The notes beneath the pieces are model-generated. The model was given only the letters and a program-made list of their open reading frames with translations. It was not told the DNA's origin and did no database searches. Shown in pieces: positions 47,517-60,804 of a stretch of 64,000 bases of DNA. Positions within the stretch are counted from its first letter, which is position 1. The number at the start of each line of letters is the position of its first letter. The DNA is from Pseudomonadota bacterium (GTDB lineage: Bacteria; Pseudomonadota; Gammaproteobacteria; Acidiferrobacterales; UBA6901). Made by a program: the position numbers and the translations under genes. The DNA is taken from assembly GCA_027364845.1 (NCBI GenBank), contig DAHXOO010000005.1, forward strand, positions 35,198-99,197, in the 5' to 3' direction.

Positions 47517-48890
47517 TCACTTGACTGCCGGGGGTGGCGTGGCTGCAGTTGTGGCGGAGTCTGAAAGTGCCAGATCCTTCAAGGTCTGGCCATGCACGGA
47601 ATCCTCCAGAGCCCGGTCCATGTTCTGAATCAGTCGATCCACATACGGTTCTTGCGGGAACCTGCGGCTCAACGGAACTTCATCCTCGCCCGCACTGTTT
47701 ACCGCGTCAACCAGTGTTTTTAGCGACACAATCTCGGGGGACCTAGCAGGAAGGTAGCATTCCGGCTCGCCGGCTGAACGCACCACGAGCCCGCGCCGCT
47801 CGAGCAGGTTCAGCATGGTTGCAACGACCGCCTCGGGAATGCCGGCCTGTTTGGCGAGACTGTCACGGCTGCAGCCCGCTCCGCTTCCGTAGTGATTGCG
47901 GCCGATCCAGGCCATGAGCATGAGTGCAAGCCGCTCCTGTCCCCGGGCGCTCAGACGCAATTCCCGCCGATACAGCGTGAGAGATTCGGGGTGCTGGTGA
48001 TAGAAGGCGATGCTGGCCCCCACGAGCAGAATCAACCAGCTCAAATAAAGCCAGATCATGAACATCACCACAATGGCAAAGCCCGAGTAAATCGCGCTGT
48101 AGTGCGTCGAGCCCACGACAAACGATGCGAAAAGCCAGCCGCCAGCTTCCCACAGGGTGCCTGCGATGACGCCCCCGGTCACGGCCGATCTAAGTCGTAC
48201 CCTGGTGTTCGGAATGAACACGTAGACAAAGGAGAAGGCCGAGATTACAAGCACGTACGGTGCCAGCGCGCCGACGATCCGCATTACCGCGCCTAGCGGC
48301 TCAGTTTGCGCCAGATCTCTTACGATCGATGCGTTCATCAGCGTGGCGGTCAGGCCCATTGCTGAGAACACCAGTACCGGTCCGACGGTCAGAACGCTCA
48401 GATACTGGCTGAATCTTTGGACAAGTGGCCTCGTCTGGTCCAGCCGCCAGGTGTAGTTAAAGGCGCGCTCCACTTTTTGGACCAGTGACGCAACGGTGTA
48501 GATCAGCAGACCCAGGCCCAGCGCACCGAGCACACCAACCTTGATGTGCTCGACGAACCCGATGATGCGCGCGCTGATTACGCCGCTCTTATCGCCGAGC
48601 GGTGCCAGGAAATGGAGCAGTAACGGCCGGATTGCATTATGGACCCCGAATGCCTTGAGTACGGAAAAACTGACGGCAAGCAGCGGTACTAACGATAGCA
48701 GGGTGGTATACACAAGGCTCATCGCCTGAAGCGTGAGCTGCCCGTCGGTAACATCGTGTGTTACGACATGGATGACGCGCAACAGCCATAGAGTCCTCCG
48801 GCGCAGTGGCGAAAGCGACGCCAAATCAGCATTCCAGAGGGACTCGTAGAGAGTGGTGCGAAGTCTGCCGAAATCCATGATGGCGCACAT
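47517..48890 (-). CDS. YihY/BrkB family inner-membrane protein with C-terminal winged-helix-like extension
   Basis: LTLQAMSLVYTTLLSLVPLLAVSFSVLKAFG and six TM segments. Start ATG 48890 or 48878. Confidence 0.8.
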   Translation of the reverse strand: MCAIMDFGRLRTTLYESLWNADLASLSPLRRRTLWLLRVIHVVTHDVTDGQLTLQAMSLVYTTLLSLVPLLAVSFSVLKAFGVHNAIRPLLLHFLAPLGDKSGVISARIIGFVEHIKVGVLGALGLGLLIYTVASLVQKVERAFNYTWRLDQTRPLVQRFSQYLSVLTVGPVLVFSAMGLTATLMNASIVRDLAQTEPLGAVMRIVGALAPYVLVISAFSFVYVFIPNTRVRLRSAVTGGVIAGTLWEAGGWLFASFVVGSTHYSAIYSGFAIVVMFMIWLYLSWLILLVGASIAFYHQHPESLTLYRRELRLSARGQERLALMLMAWIGRNHYGSGAGCSRDSLAKQAGIPEAVVATMLNLLERRGLVVRSAGEPECYLPARSPEIVSLKTLVDAVNSAGEDEVPLSRRFPQEPYVDRLIQNMDRALEDSVHGQTLKDLALSDSATTAATPPPAVK

Positions 48891-49499
48891 CCTCTGCCGT
48901 CTGTCGGGATTGTTATTGGCGTGTCTCGTGGATTGCAGGCAGGCCGATACTAGATAATATACAATGGCGACGCGGGCAAGCATAACTGCGCAGTTGATGC
49001 GTTTGGTAGCGGTGTTGCCGTTTGCGCGCATACACACCGCAGGTGCGGTTCCTCGCTTGTTCATTGCCCGGTCGTCGGGTAGGCATTCCCGGACACCATT
49101 TCACGGAATCAATTGGCGTACCGCCGGTCTATAGAAGTTAAGAAGTTATGGGACTGAAGGTCTGTGACAGGGCTGTTTTTGACCCAGGTGTTCTGGCGCG
49201 CCTTCGACAAAGGGGTTCCCGCGGCAGAGAATGGGTTGTCGAGTTTTTTGGAGGTAGCTGAGACAATGAAACTGCGAAATCGATTTGCGACCATGTCGCG
49301 CGTCGTGCGTCTGCGGCAAAAGCAGCGTGCGGACGCGCAGGCGCCCGGGCCGAACCCGGGCAAGCGCCTACGGGTACCGTGGGAGTCGAAGAAAGACTGA
49401 TGAGGTCGATCCCTGGTGGGCGTGGCTGACTATGCAGCCATCCCGCAATGGTGGGGACGTGGGGATTGACAGTGACGACTGCCGCGGGGCGCGTATGCG

Positions 49500-50957
49500 C
49501 TAATCGTATTGTTGCCGCCGCTCCGCGGCTTCGGGCTTGATTTCCCCAAAACCGCCGTTGTTGCAGGAGAATGTTACTCTTTTTCCGGAGATGGTAGTTT
49601 CCAGCAGCACCTGGCGACCCCACAGGCGGTATACATAGCCGAGAGTTTTTTCCAGATACTCGCGTTGCAGGTCGCGCCCGTCGTGTTCGTGCCTCAATAG
49701 CAGCACTCGATTATGGTCGAAGTCGGCATCCACGATGCGGATGACCGGCACGGTCGCCATTCCCACATTTCGCAGGAGTGAATCGCGCACCGACTCCCAG
49801 TGATCGGTATCCGATATCTGCGAAATCACCATTTGGCCTTGCTCGTGGCGGTACTCAAACAGGTCCATCTCACGCATCAGCTGTTCCGTTAGAAACCGTC
49901 GCAGAAAGGATACGTCGCGATCGGTTTCCCGTACCTCGAAGATCTTTTCCCTGCGGTCCGATACGATCGGATGTTCGGCGGCGCCGGACGGCTGCACGTT
50001 GTCGTAGCGCCGCCGTATGTCCTCCCAAAGTTTGAATCCGAGGTAGTAGGGATTGAGTCCGCCAGGATGGGAGCGCACAACCTGGTTGTGATGAATCAGG
50101 AACTCCAGATGGAGATCCTCCGGCAGCTCCAGACTGTTCATGATCTGATGATGCCAGTAGCTGGCCCAGCCCTCGTTCATGATCTTGGTCTCGATCTGGG
50201 GAATGAAATACTGGGACTCATCATGGACGATGCGCAGCAGATCCTTTTGCCATTCGCCTATGTAGGGTTGGTACTCGGCAATGAACAGCAGAATGTCCTC
50301 TTCCGGTTCCAGCGGTAGCTTGTTGAGATCCGGTGCATGATATTCACGCGGCTTGTGAATTCCCGCATACGGATCCCTGGGAGGTATCGCATCTACCAAC
50401 GCGCGTTCCCGCTGCTCATTGCGTGAAAGCTTCCTGATGGCCGTGTCGCGCCGGCACTGCAGCGACAGGGCATGGGCAGCATCCAGGATCTCCTCCACCC
50501 GCTGTTGACCAATGGACGGGTCTTCGACATAACGCCGGACACGGTCGGCGCGCAGCTTGAAGTGCGAAATTGCCAGCTCCGGACGTGTGTTGCGGAACGT
50601 GAAATTGTTCCTGAAGAAGTCGTTGTGCCCGTAAACATGCGCAATCGTCAGAATCTGCAGACACAGAGAATTGTCGCGCATCAGGTAGGCGAGGGAAGGT
50701 GTGGCGTTGATCACCATTTCGTACGGCAGTCCGGAAACACCATAGCTGTACAGGGTCTTGAGCTTCTCGTATGCCTTGCCGAATGACCAGTGCGGGTAGT
50801 GTGCAGGCATGCCGTGATAGGCCATGCAGCCGAGCATCTGCTCGTGGTCACATACCTCAAATTCCTGGGAAAAGCACTCCAGGCCGAACTCTCGTACTTT
50901 CTCTTGGATGCGGGCATCCCAGTATTCCAGATCCCGAATCGTCCAGTTGCGGGCCAT
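49500..50957 (-). CDS. SpoVR family protein (YcgB-like)
   Basis: 485 aa. MAYHGMPAHYPHWSFGK and IAHVYGHNDFF blocks. Last gene of the prkA triad. Confidence 0.9.
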   Translation of the reverse strand: MARNWTIRDLEYWDARIQEKVREFGLECFSQEFEVCDHEQMLGCMAYHGMPAHYPHWSFGKAYEKLKTLYSYGVSGLPYEMVINATPSLAYLMRDNSLCLQILTIAHVYGHNDFFRNNFTFRNTRPELAISHFKLRADRVRRYVEDPSIGQQRVEEILDAAHALSLQCRRDTAIRKLSRNEQRERALVDAIPPRDPYAGIHKPREYHAPDLNKLPLEPEEDILLFIAEYQPYIGEWQKDLLRIVHDESQYFIPQIETKIMNEGWASYWHHQIMNSLELPEDLHLEFLIHHNQVVRSHPGGLNPYYLGFKLWEDIRRRYDNVQPSGAAEHPIVSDRREKIFEVRETDRDVSFLRRFLTEQLMREMDLFEYRHEQGQMVISQISDTDHWESVRDSLLRNVGMATVPVIRIVDADFDHNRVLLLRHEHDGRDLQREYLEKTLGYVYRLWGRQVLLETTISGKRVTFSCNNGGFGEIKPEAAERRQQYD

Positions 50958-50971
50958 CTCGCCTCCCTGTG

Positions 50972-52159
50972 CTACGGGTAGTCCACCGTCTCGGCGGCGC
51001 GCTCACGCAATAGCAGCTGTTTGAATCCCGGCCAGATATCCTCTTTGTTCTCGATCATAAGCGCATGGAAGTTCGTGGCCTCTATCTTCTCGAACAACTC
51101 CAGCAGCGTATCGCCATAGGATCCGGAATTGAGCGGCTTGATCTCGCCATATCCAAACAAATTGCAGACCTCAGCCAGTTCCTGCGCCGCCCTGAGGGCG
51201 GCCGGGTTGTCCTGGCTCCAGTTGTCCCCGTCCGAGCAGTGGAAGGCATATACATTCCACAGCGACGGGTGAAATCGTTCCTTGATGATCTCCAGGGCTT
51301 TCTGGTATCCCGACGATATTATGGTTCCACCGGATCCACCCTTGGTGAAGAACTCCTCTTCGTTTACTTCCCGGGCCTGCGCATCGTGCGCAATGAACAC
51401 GACTTGAACATTGTTGTAGCGGGTCCTAACAAACTGATACAGCAGGAAAAAGAAGCTGCGCGCGAGATATTTCTTCATGGTCTCCATTGATCCGGAGGTG
51501 TCCATGATGCACAGAACAACGGCGTTTGACTGGAACCGCAGATCACGTACGATGTGGCGGTATTTGAGGTCGTCGCGATGAAAGGGGAAACGTCCCGCCC
51601 CGAGCTCACTGGCGGGGTGCGCGTGCGCCGCCAGCTTACGACGTATGCGCGCCATCGCCGTACGTCTTTTATCGAGGTGGGCACGCACGCCCACCCGCCG
51701 GAATCCCTTGCGCTTGCGCAAGCTTTCTACTGGAACTTCACGCAGTTTTTTGCGTTCCATGTCGGGCAGTTCCAGATCCTCGAACATGATGTCGGCCAGT
51801 TCCTCAAGCGTGATTTCCGTTTCATAATAGTCGACGCCTGGCTGGCTGCCGGCTTTGCCGCCGGACTGCGCTCCTTCGGTCTCCGCAATCACTTGTCCCG
51901 GTTGACTGTCTCCCTGCCCGCTGCCGACTCCCGGGGATTCTTCGCCGAATATGAAGTGGTACTCGCGTACGCCGCGAATCGGAACCTTGATGATCTTGTC
52001 GCGGCTCTGGCCGATGATTGATTCCTCGGCGACGATGTCAGCCACGTTCTCGCGGATGGCCTCGCGCACTTTCTGACGATGGCGTAGGCGGTCCCCAGCG
52101 CTGCGATCGGAGCGCAACGCATCGGACTCAGAATATGAGCGAAATAGCGATCCCGTCAT
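50972..52159 (-). CDS. YeaH/YhbH family protein (DUF444, vWA-like)
   Basis: 395 aa. DRLRHRQKVREAIRENV N-terminus and MDTSGSM MIDAS-like motif. Confidence 0.9.
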   Translation of the reverse strand: MTGSLFRSYSESDALRSDRSAGDRLRHRQKVREAIRENVADIVAEESIIGQSRDKIIKVPIRGVREYHFIFGEESPGVGSGQGDSQPGQVIAETEGAQSGGKAGSQPGVDYYETEITLEELADIMFEDLELPDMERKKLREVPVESLRKRKGFRRVGVRAHLDKRRTAMARIRRKLAAHAHPASELGAGRFPFHRDDLKYRHIVRDLRFQSNAVVLCIMDTSGSMETMKKYLARSFFFLLYQFVRTRYNNVQVVFIAHDAQAREVNEEEFFTKGGSGGTIISSGYQKALEIIKERFHPSLWNVYAFHCSDGDNWSQDNPAALRAAQELAEVCNLFGYGEIKPLNSGSYGDTLLELFEKIEATNFHALMIENKEDIWPGFKQLLLRERAAETVDYP

Positions 52160-52181
52160 GCCCTGGTCTCCGTAACCGCAC

Positions 52182-54113
52182 TCAGTCCTTCCACAGATTG
52201 TTGGCGGCGTACTTCAGTACTACCTCGGCCGAATGCGGGCTGTAGCCGCGATCCAGCAGTGCTTTGATCAGGTCATCGTACTTCTTGAGCTGCTCCTCGT
52301 CGCGAGTGCGCGATTTGGTAATGACGCGGCTCATTTCCCGGACTGAGCTCATGAGCTTGCGCTCGATTGCCTCCTTGAGCGGTTCGTAGGAATGATGCGA
52401 AACTTTCTCTCCGCGGCGACTCTTGGCCCAGAGATAAGCCATCACCTCCTGGCGAAACCCCTGCGCGGCGGAACCGACGATGGCGATCTGCTCCTCGACC
52501 GACTTGAGGAAGCCCTCGTCCGGCTGCAATTCTTCGCCGGTGTTGCGGTCCTTCAGTCGCGTCTTGTTGACATAGGCCTCGGCATGATCCAGGTAATTCT
52601 GGAACAGCGCCTCTGCCTGCTCGTCGAAGGAGAACACGAATGCCTTGGTAATTTCCTTCTCCAATATCTCGAGATAGGCCTTGTGCAGAATGTCCTGCAG
52701 AAATTCTAGGTACTGCTTGCGGACATCGTCTGGAAGATCCGCGCCCTTGACCATGTTGATCAGGGCTTCGCGCACATTGATAGGGTTGATTCCGTCCGGG
52801 CTCTCGGCCAGCGCATTGTCGATCGCCTTCATGATGAAGCGCGGCGAGATGCCGAACATGCCTTCGCGCCTCGTCTCCTCGCGCAGTTCGCGCACGTTGA
52901 TTTTCGCTGTCTTGCCCTTTTCGACCACGTCTTCGCCGTTGTAAAGACGCAGCTTGGTCATCAGGTCACACTTGTTGGTCGGCTCGAGACGCGAAAGGAC
53001 CGCAAACATCGCCGCCAGTTCCAGAGTGTGCGGTGCGATATGTTCGCGGAAGTCCGACCTCTCCATGAGCTTTTGGTAGATCTTGATCTCCTCGGTCAGA
53101 CGCAGGTTGTACGGCACCTTGATCACGACTACGCGGTCCAGTATCGCCTCATTCGTCGGATCACCCTTGAAGCGTTGCCACTCTGCCTCATTCGAATGGG
53201 CAACGATGCAGGTATCTACGTAGACGGTACCGTGCCGGCCGGGTGCCGGAATGAACTTCTCCTGGGTTGCGGTGATCATCGTGTGCAGGTATTCGGGCTC
53301 GTTCTTGAATACCTCGATGAATTCAGTCATCCCGCGGTTGCCGACATTGAAGGCGCCATTTAGGTCGAGCGCGCGTGGATCGCCCTCCGAGAAGGTGTCA
53401 AGCTTGGAGATGTCCACCGAGCCGATAAGCACGGACGTATCCTGGTTGTTCGGGTCTACCGGTGGCACTACACCCACGCCGCGGCGTTCGTGCCGCGAGA
53501 ACGGTACCGTCAGGATCGGTACGTCCTCATAACGGCCTTTGAATTCCTCTTTGAGGCGGTGCCGGCACACCGGGCAGAGTTCGCCCTCCAAGTGGAGTCC
53601 AATCATCTTCTCAAACTCATTGCGCAGGTGTTTCGGGATGAGGTGAAGCGGCTCCTCCGCCATGGGGCAACCATCTATGGCATATACCGGCGCGCTTTCC
53701 TCGAGACCGCGTTGCAGTCGCTCGACAAGGGAGCTTTTTCCAGCACCGACAGGTCCCATGAGATAGAGGACCTGGCGTGACTCCTCGCCGTGCATGGACG
53801 CGGAGTGGAAATAACGCACAACCTGCGCGAGCATGGGTTCCACGCCGAAAAACTCTTCGCTGAAGAAAGGGTAGACTTTGACTGCCTCGTCGCCGAACAG
53901 CCTCTTGATTCGCAGTTCGGTGGGGCCCGTAATAAGCGATGTGCCGTGGCGGACAATCGCGTCATAGATGCGCACGTGCGCGAGCTTGGGGATGGAAGGG
54001 TCGGCCTTGACCTTTTCGAGGTACTGGAGGAATGTTCCTCGCCACTCCAGGTTTTCGCGACTCGCGCGATCTTTCTCGATCAGTTCAGCGAACCTGGATG
54101 TCTTGTCAGTCAT
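52182..54113 (-). CDS. PrkA family serine protein kinase (YeaG-like)
   Basis: 643 aa. P-loop LMGPVGAGKSSLVE. GAGGAGG SD before ATG 54113. Confidence 0.9.
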   Translation of the reverse strand: MTDKTSRFAELIEKDRASRENLEWRGTFLQYLEKVKADPSIPKLAHVRIYDAIVRHGTSLITGPTELRIKRLFGDEAVKVYPFFSEEFFGVEPMLAQVVRYFHSASMHGEESRQVLYLMGPVGAGKSSLVERLQRGLEESAPVYAIDGCPMAEEPLHLIPKHLRNEFEKMIGLHLEGELCPVCRHRLKEEFKGRYEDVPILTVPFSRHERRGVGVVPPVDPNNQDTSVLIGSVDISKLDTFSEGDPRALDLNGAFNVGNRGMTEFIEVFKNEPEYLHTMITATQEKFIPAPGRHGTVYVDTCIVAHSNEAEWQRFKGDPTNEAILDRVVVIKVPYNLRLTEEIKIYQKLMERSDFREHIAPHTLELAAMFAVLSRLEPTNKCDLMTKLRLYNGEDVVEKGKTAKINVRELREETRREGMFGISPRFIMKAIDNALAESPDGINPINVREALINMVKGADLPDDVRKQYLEFLQDILHKAYLEILEKEITKAFVFSFDEQAEALFQNYLDHAEAYVNKTRLKDRNTGEELQPDEGFLKSVEEQIAIVGSAAQGFRQEVMAYLWAKSRRGEKVSHHSYEPLKEAIERKLMSSVREMSRVITKSRTRDEEQLKKYDDLIKALLDRGYSPHSAEVVLKYAANNLWKD

Positions 54114-54197
54114 AACCGACCTCCTCATTGATTCTGCATTCAATTACCGTTTGTAGTCACGTTCCCCCTTTGTGGACCTGTTTTTGTGGATCTTGTG

Positions 54198-54210
54198 TAT
54201 ATTAAATATA
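54198..54210. promoter_or_regulatory. AT-rich palindrome TATATT-A-AATATA flanked by GTGTAT direct repeats upstream of prkA
   Basis: Lies about 90 nt upstream of the prkA ATG, in the only strongly AT-rich patch of the leader. Confidence 0.3.
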
Positions 54211-54859
54211 GTGTATCTTATATACCGCGTTTCCACCGCGGAATCCAAGAGCCCATTCCATGCGCCGCGCGCCCTTTTTAGCCCTTCGCGCGGGTGACCA
54301 GTTGCGGCGAACGGCATGTGCGTTGCCGCTCGCTACCGCTTATTTTATAATTGATGAGACCAACAATCGGGCAATGTGTTTCAGACATTCGGACTTGAAT
54401 ATCTGGTGTGACGCACAGGTGCGACATGAAATGCACCGACTCAAACAGTGATAGCAAGCGTCGTGCCAAGGCCAGCTGCGTCCGTGGATGCAGTCCCTGG
54501 CACCGCGTAATCGTGCCGAAGAAGCAATTTCCGTGGCCGTGGGGCGAAATAACCGCATCGGCCGCACGCCAAGTTCGTTGTGACTCGCGGTGCAAGGCAC
54601 TGATATAGTACCGACTAATGAACTGGTATTCCGGTTGGCGCGGTTTGGCGGCGGGAGTGCGCAAAAGGCAAGGCATGTCGCTGGCTGCCCCAGGCTCAAT
54701 ACGTAGCGATGTCGGGGAAGGGTGACCGACGGTTTTCGACAGCTGCTGTGTCTCCGCAGCGCAGCAGTATGGCGCCGCAATTCAGCGGCCGTCGGGTATG
54801 GACGCTGGCGCGCAGTGCAAATGGACTGGACAGTGACCGTAAAGAATCAAGAGGGAGCT

Positions 54860-55360
54860 ATGCCTGCAAAAAAAAGCCCCAAGGTTCGTTCGGTCACGAC
54901 GGCGGAATATGCAATGCTGGCGGCGTTCCGCTATGCCCTGAGGCAGTTTTTGCGTTTCAGCGAAAATGTCGTGGGATGCGTAGGCCTGACACCGCAACAG
55001 CACCAGGCGCTGTTGGCGATCCGGGGTTTTCCAGGGCGCCACCGGCCCACGATCGGTGAGCTTGCGGAGCGACTGCAAATCAAGCACAACAGTGCGGTAG
55101 GGCTCGTGGATCGGCTGGTGAGCCGGAGCTTGATGGTGCGGCATCCGGCGTCTACGGATCGCCGCCAGGTATATGTGTCCCTGACGCCGCGCGGCGCCCG
55201 GGTGTTGGAACGTCTTACCGCAATGCACAGGGCAGAGATTCAGCGTGTCGGCCCCGGAATTGGGTTGCTGCTGCAGCGTCTGTCCACGGCGAAGCAGGGA
55301 TCCGGCGTGAAGCGGAGGCGTAGAAAGCGGGCCACCCTTCCTCGGCGCGGCCTTCCGTAA
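54860..55360 (+). CDS. MarR family transcriptional regulator
   Basis: 166 aa. LTPQQHQALLAI...TIGELAERLQIKHNSAVGLVDRLV...DRRQVYVSLTPRG. GAGGGAG SD upstream. Confidence 0.85.
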   Translation: MPAKKSPKVRSVTTAEYAMLAAFRYALRQFLRFSENVVGCVGLTPQQHQALLAIRGFPGRHRPTIGELAERLQIKHNSAVGLVDRLVSRSLMVRHPASTDRRQVYVSLTPRGARVLERLTAMHRAEIQRVGPGIGLLLQRLSTAKQGSGVKRRRRKRATLPRRGLP

Positions 55361-55779
55361 CAAACACTTATTTAAGTTTCTTTGATTGGCGGCCGGACCC
55401 AGGACTCTGAGCCAGTAAGATATTCCCTGGTCCGGGCTGGACGGTGCGGATTGAGACCCATGTCAGGTACGGCGGGCTGGCCCGATGCGGCTGGATGGCC
55501 CGTCTGGCCTGAGGTGAACTAAAGTAGCGGTTGCCTTTCGACCCTGCTCCTACCACAATTGGCCACAAATCATAGCAAAATAGCCTAAAATCAAGTTATT
55601 ACTTTACCCCCAGGTCGCTAGGGGGTGGGGAAGCCGCAAGGCAACGTCAGTCTGGAGCCGGTGATTTGCCTGAATGCCTGTAGTCGGCGGCAGCCAGGTG
55701 GATCACGGACGGTAAGAGATCAGGACGTCTGCGTAGTTACCGGCCTGTTCGTGCGGCGGCCGTGAGGAGTGTGGTTGGC

Positions 55780-57696
55780 ATGTATGAATCCTTCTACAAA
55801 CTGAAGGAGAAGCCATTTTCGCTGCTTCCCGATACCGACTATCTGTATCTGAGTCGAAAACACGGGACAGCGCTGGCTTTGCTCGAGTACAGCCTGCTCA
55901 AGCAGGACGGATTTTGCGTCATCAGCGGTGAGGCCGGCGTCGGCAAGACGACGCTGATTCGCCGGCTGCTTGCCCAGCACGCCGATCGCATTACCATTGG
56001 CTTAATCTCTAATACCCTTGGGTCACTCGGCGAACTCCTCGGCTGGATCACCGTCGCGTTCGGGCTAGAGTACCAGGATCGAACCAGGTCGCAGCTGCAT
56101 GATGGCTTTCTCCAGTTTCTGGCCGACCAGCACGCGCAGAACCGGCAGACCGTCCTAATCATCGACGAAGCGCAGAATATTTCAGCTGCGATGCTTGCCG
56201 AACTGCAGACGCTGTCAAAGGTGATTGTCGGCGCAAATCAAGCGCTAAAGACCATTCTCGTCGGCCAGCTGCAGCTGCGGGCCACTCTGCGTGCCCCCGG
56301 GCTCGAACACTTTACCAAGCACATTGTGGTTGATTACCATCTCGGACCTCTGGGCCGCGATGAAACCGGGGAGTACATCCGTCATCGCCTGTCCGTTGCC
56401 GGAGGAGATCCGGGAATTTTTGACGATGAAGCCTGCGATGCGGTTTTCCATTACAGCGGTGGAATACCGCGGTTGACCAACCTGCTTTGCGACAACGCCC
56501 TCGCTTGCGCACAAGCACTGAAGCAGACCGTCGTGGGGGCGGACATCGTGCACACCATCATGCGCGACCGCGAGGCGCGTGGGACGTTGCCGCAGTTCGC
56601 GACCGGACGGGCGGCAGGCACGCCACTGCAGAAGATGCCGGCCACCGGCGAATTAGCTACCGAGGTGCTCCAGGCGCTGAAACACAAAGCTGCTGTCGGC
56701 GAAATGCCGGACGCCAGCCAGCCAGCGCGGGCCGGATTGAATGATGCCGGCGAAGATCGGCAGCATGCCGCCATCGGCAAGCTCATCAATATTGAGAACT
56801 GGCCTCGTAACGAGCGGCGTGCAACGATCCGGCATCGAATGGCTCGCCCGGGAGGGGAGCGGCTCGAATGGGAGACTATTGAATCGCGTTCGTCCGCGGC
56901 CGCGTCTGTTGTTCCATCGGCCTCGGAGGCGATGCCCAACTCCGGAGTAGAACGGAGATCGCAGGCTATAGATTCTGAAGGTGTCCTGTCAGACGATACG
57001 GCGATCGCTGACCTTGAGGGGAGGGAGGACATGGAAAAATATCAAATGATCGCACTCACGGGCGACCGGCGATCACGCGTCTTCTGGGGAGGGGCAGTCA
57101 TGCTTGGGTTCACCGCCGGACTGCTGGTCGCGGCGATCCTGATTGGTGCTGCATACCTAAGCATGGATCTGCGTGCGGCGCCGGTTGGCGAGTCACTCGC
57201 GCCAGTAGCGCCACTTGCCCCCGTCGCAGCTAAACCGCCCGCTTTATTGCCACCGGCGCCCACGCCGGTGGCAGCAACCCAATCTGTACCGGCCGCGACG
57301 CCCCGCTCTGTCGACAAGGCCCGGCTGCGCGAGTTACGAAATGAAAGGGACGCGGCGATTACTGAGGCCCGTGCCCTGCAGAAGGAACGTGACGCGGCGC
57401 TGGCGGTTGCCCAGGCACGCGAGCGCGCGGCGAAGGCGGAGCTGCGCGCTGCCTTGGCCGAAGAGCGCGCGCAGGCAGCGCTGCGTCGACGTTCGTCCCC
57501 GGTGGTGGTCGAGCCGTCCTCCGTGCAGGCCGCTGCACCGGCAGCGCATCCGAAGCGCGTTGCTGAAGCGGCGCTGCCTGTGGCGCGACGCCCCAGCCCG
57601 CCGTCAGTGCCGAGCGGGGCATCCGCGGTCATCAAATTTTCCCCCAATCCCTGCAACGGGCCCGCCGCCAAATTCCTGTCGACCTGCAAGGAATGA
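55780..57696 (+). CDS. ExeA/GspA-family AAA ATPase fused to a long low-complexity, single-TM, coiled-coil C-terminal region
   Basis: MYESFYKLKEKPFSLLPD, Walker A GEAGVGKTT, Walker B LIIDEAQN. TM helix VFWGGAVMLGFTAGLLVAAILIGAAYL. Ala/Arg/Glu coiled coil. Confidence 0.8.
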   Translation: MYESFYKLKEKPFSLLPDTDYLYLSRKHGTALALLEYSLLKQDGFCVISGEAGVGKTTLIRRLLAQHADRITIGLISNTLGSLGELLGWITVAFGLEYQDRTRSQLHDGFLQFLADQHAQNRQTVLIIDEAQNISAAMLAELQTLSKVIVGANQALKTILVGQLQLRATLRAPGLEHFTKHIVVDYHLGPLGRDETGEYIRHRLSVAGGDPGIFDDEACDAVFHYSGGIPRLTNLLCDNALACAQALKQTVVGADIVHTIMRDREARGTLPQFATGRAAGTPLQKMPATGELATEVLQALKHKAAVGEMPDASQPARAGLNDAGEDRQHAAIGKLINIENWPRNERRATIRHRMARPGGERLEWETIESRSSAAASVVPSASEAMPNSGVERRSQAIDSEGVLSDDTAIADLEGREDMEKYQMIALTGDRRSRVFWGGAVMLGFTAGLLVAAILIGAAYLSMDLRAAPVGESLAPVAPLAPVAAKPPALLPPAPTPVAATQSVPAATPRSVDKARLRELRNERDAAITEARALQKERDAALAVAQARERAAKAELRAALAEERAQAALRRRSSPVVVEPSSVQAAAPAAHPKRVAEAALPVARRPSPPSVPSGASAVIKFSPNPCNGPAAKFLSTCKE

Positions 57697-57710
57697 GGCC
57701 GGAGGGCCTC
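57695..57710 (+). terminator. short GC hairpin overlapping the stop codon (GAGGCC-GGAG-GGCCTC)
   Basis: 6-bp stem with no T-run, in the convergent gap with valS. Confidence 0.2.
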
Positions 57711-57846
57711 GACCGCTGCGATGGTTTGCCTAAGAGGTTGGCCGGATCCGCGATCGCAGGCGAACGTCTCCCTTATATATGCCTGCACCCGTCCTACACG
57801 CCGGTCGCCTGGCTGATGAGACCACGCAGCGCTTGCCGTTGCGGTA

Positions 57847-60711
<2,865 letters not shown>

Positions 60712-60804
60712 GTCGCGTGTTATTGGATCAAAAAAACGTGATAGTCGGCCACGATTTGCCTGGCCGCCTTGATCGTCAGTGTCCGAGCATGGTGCGGCCG
60801 GTCT

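Noticed and set aside
54498-54514. TGGCAC-containing sigma-54-like element upstream of the prkA region
   Set aside because: The -12 element is missing (AATCG instead of TTGCA/T), and it is on the wrong strand for prkA.
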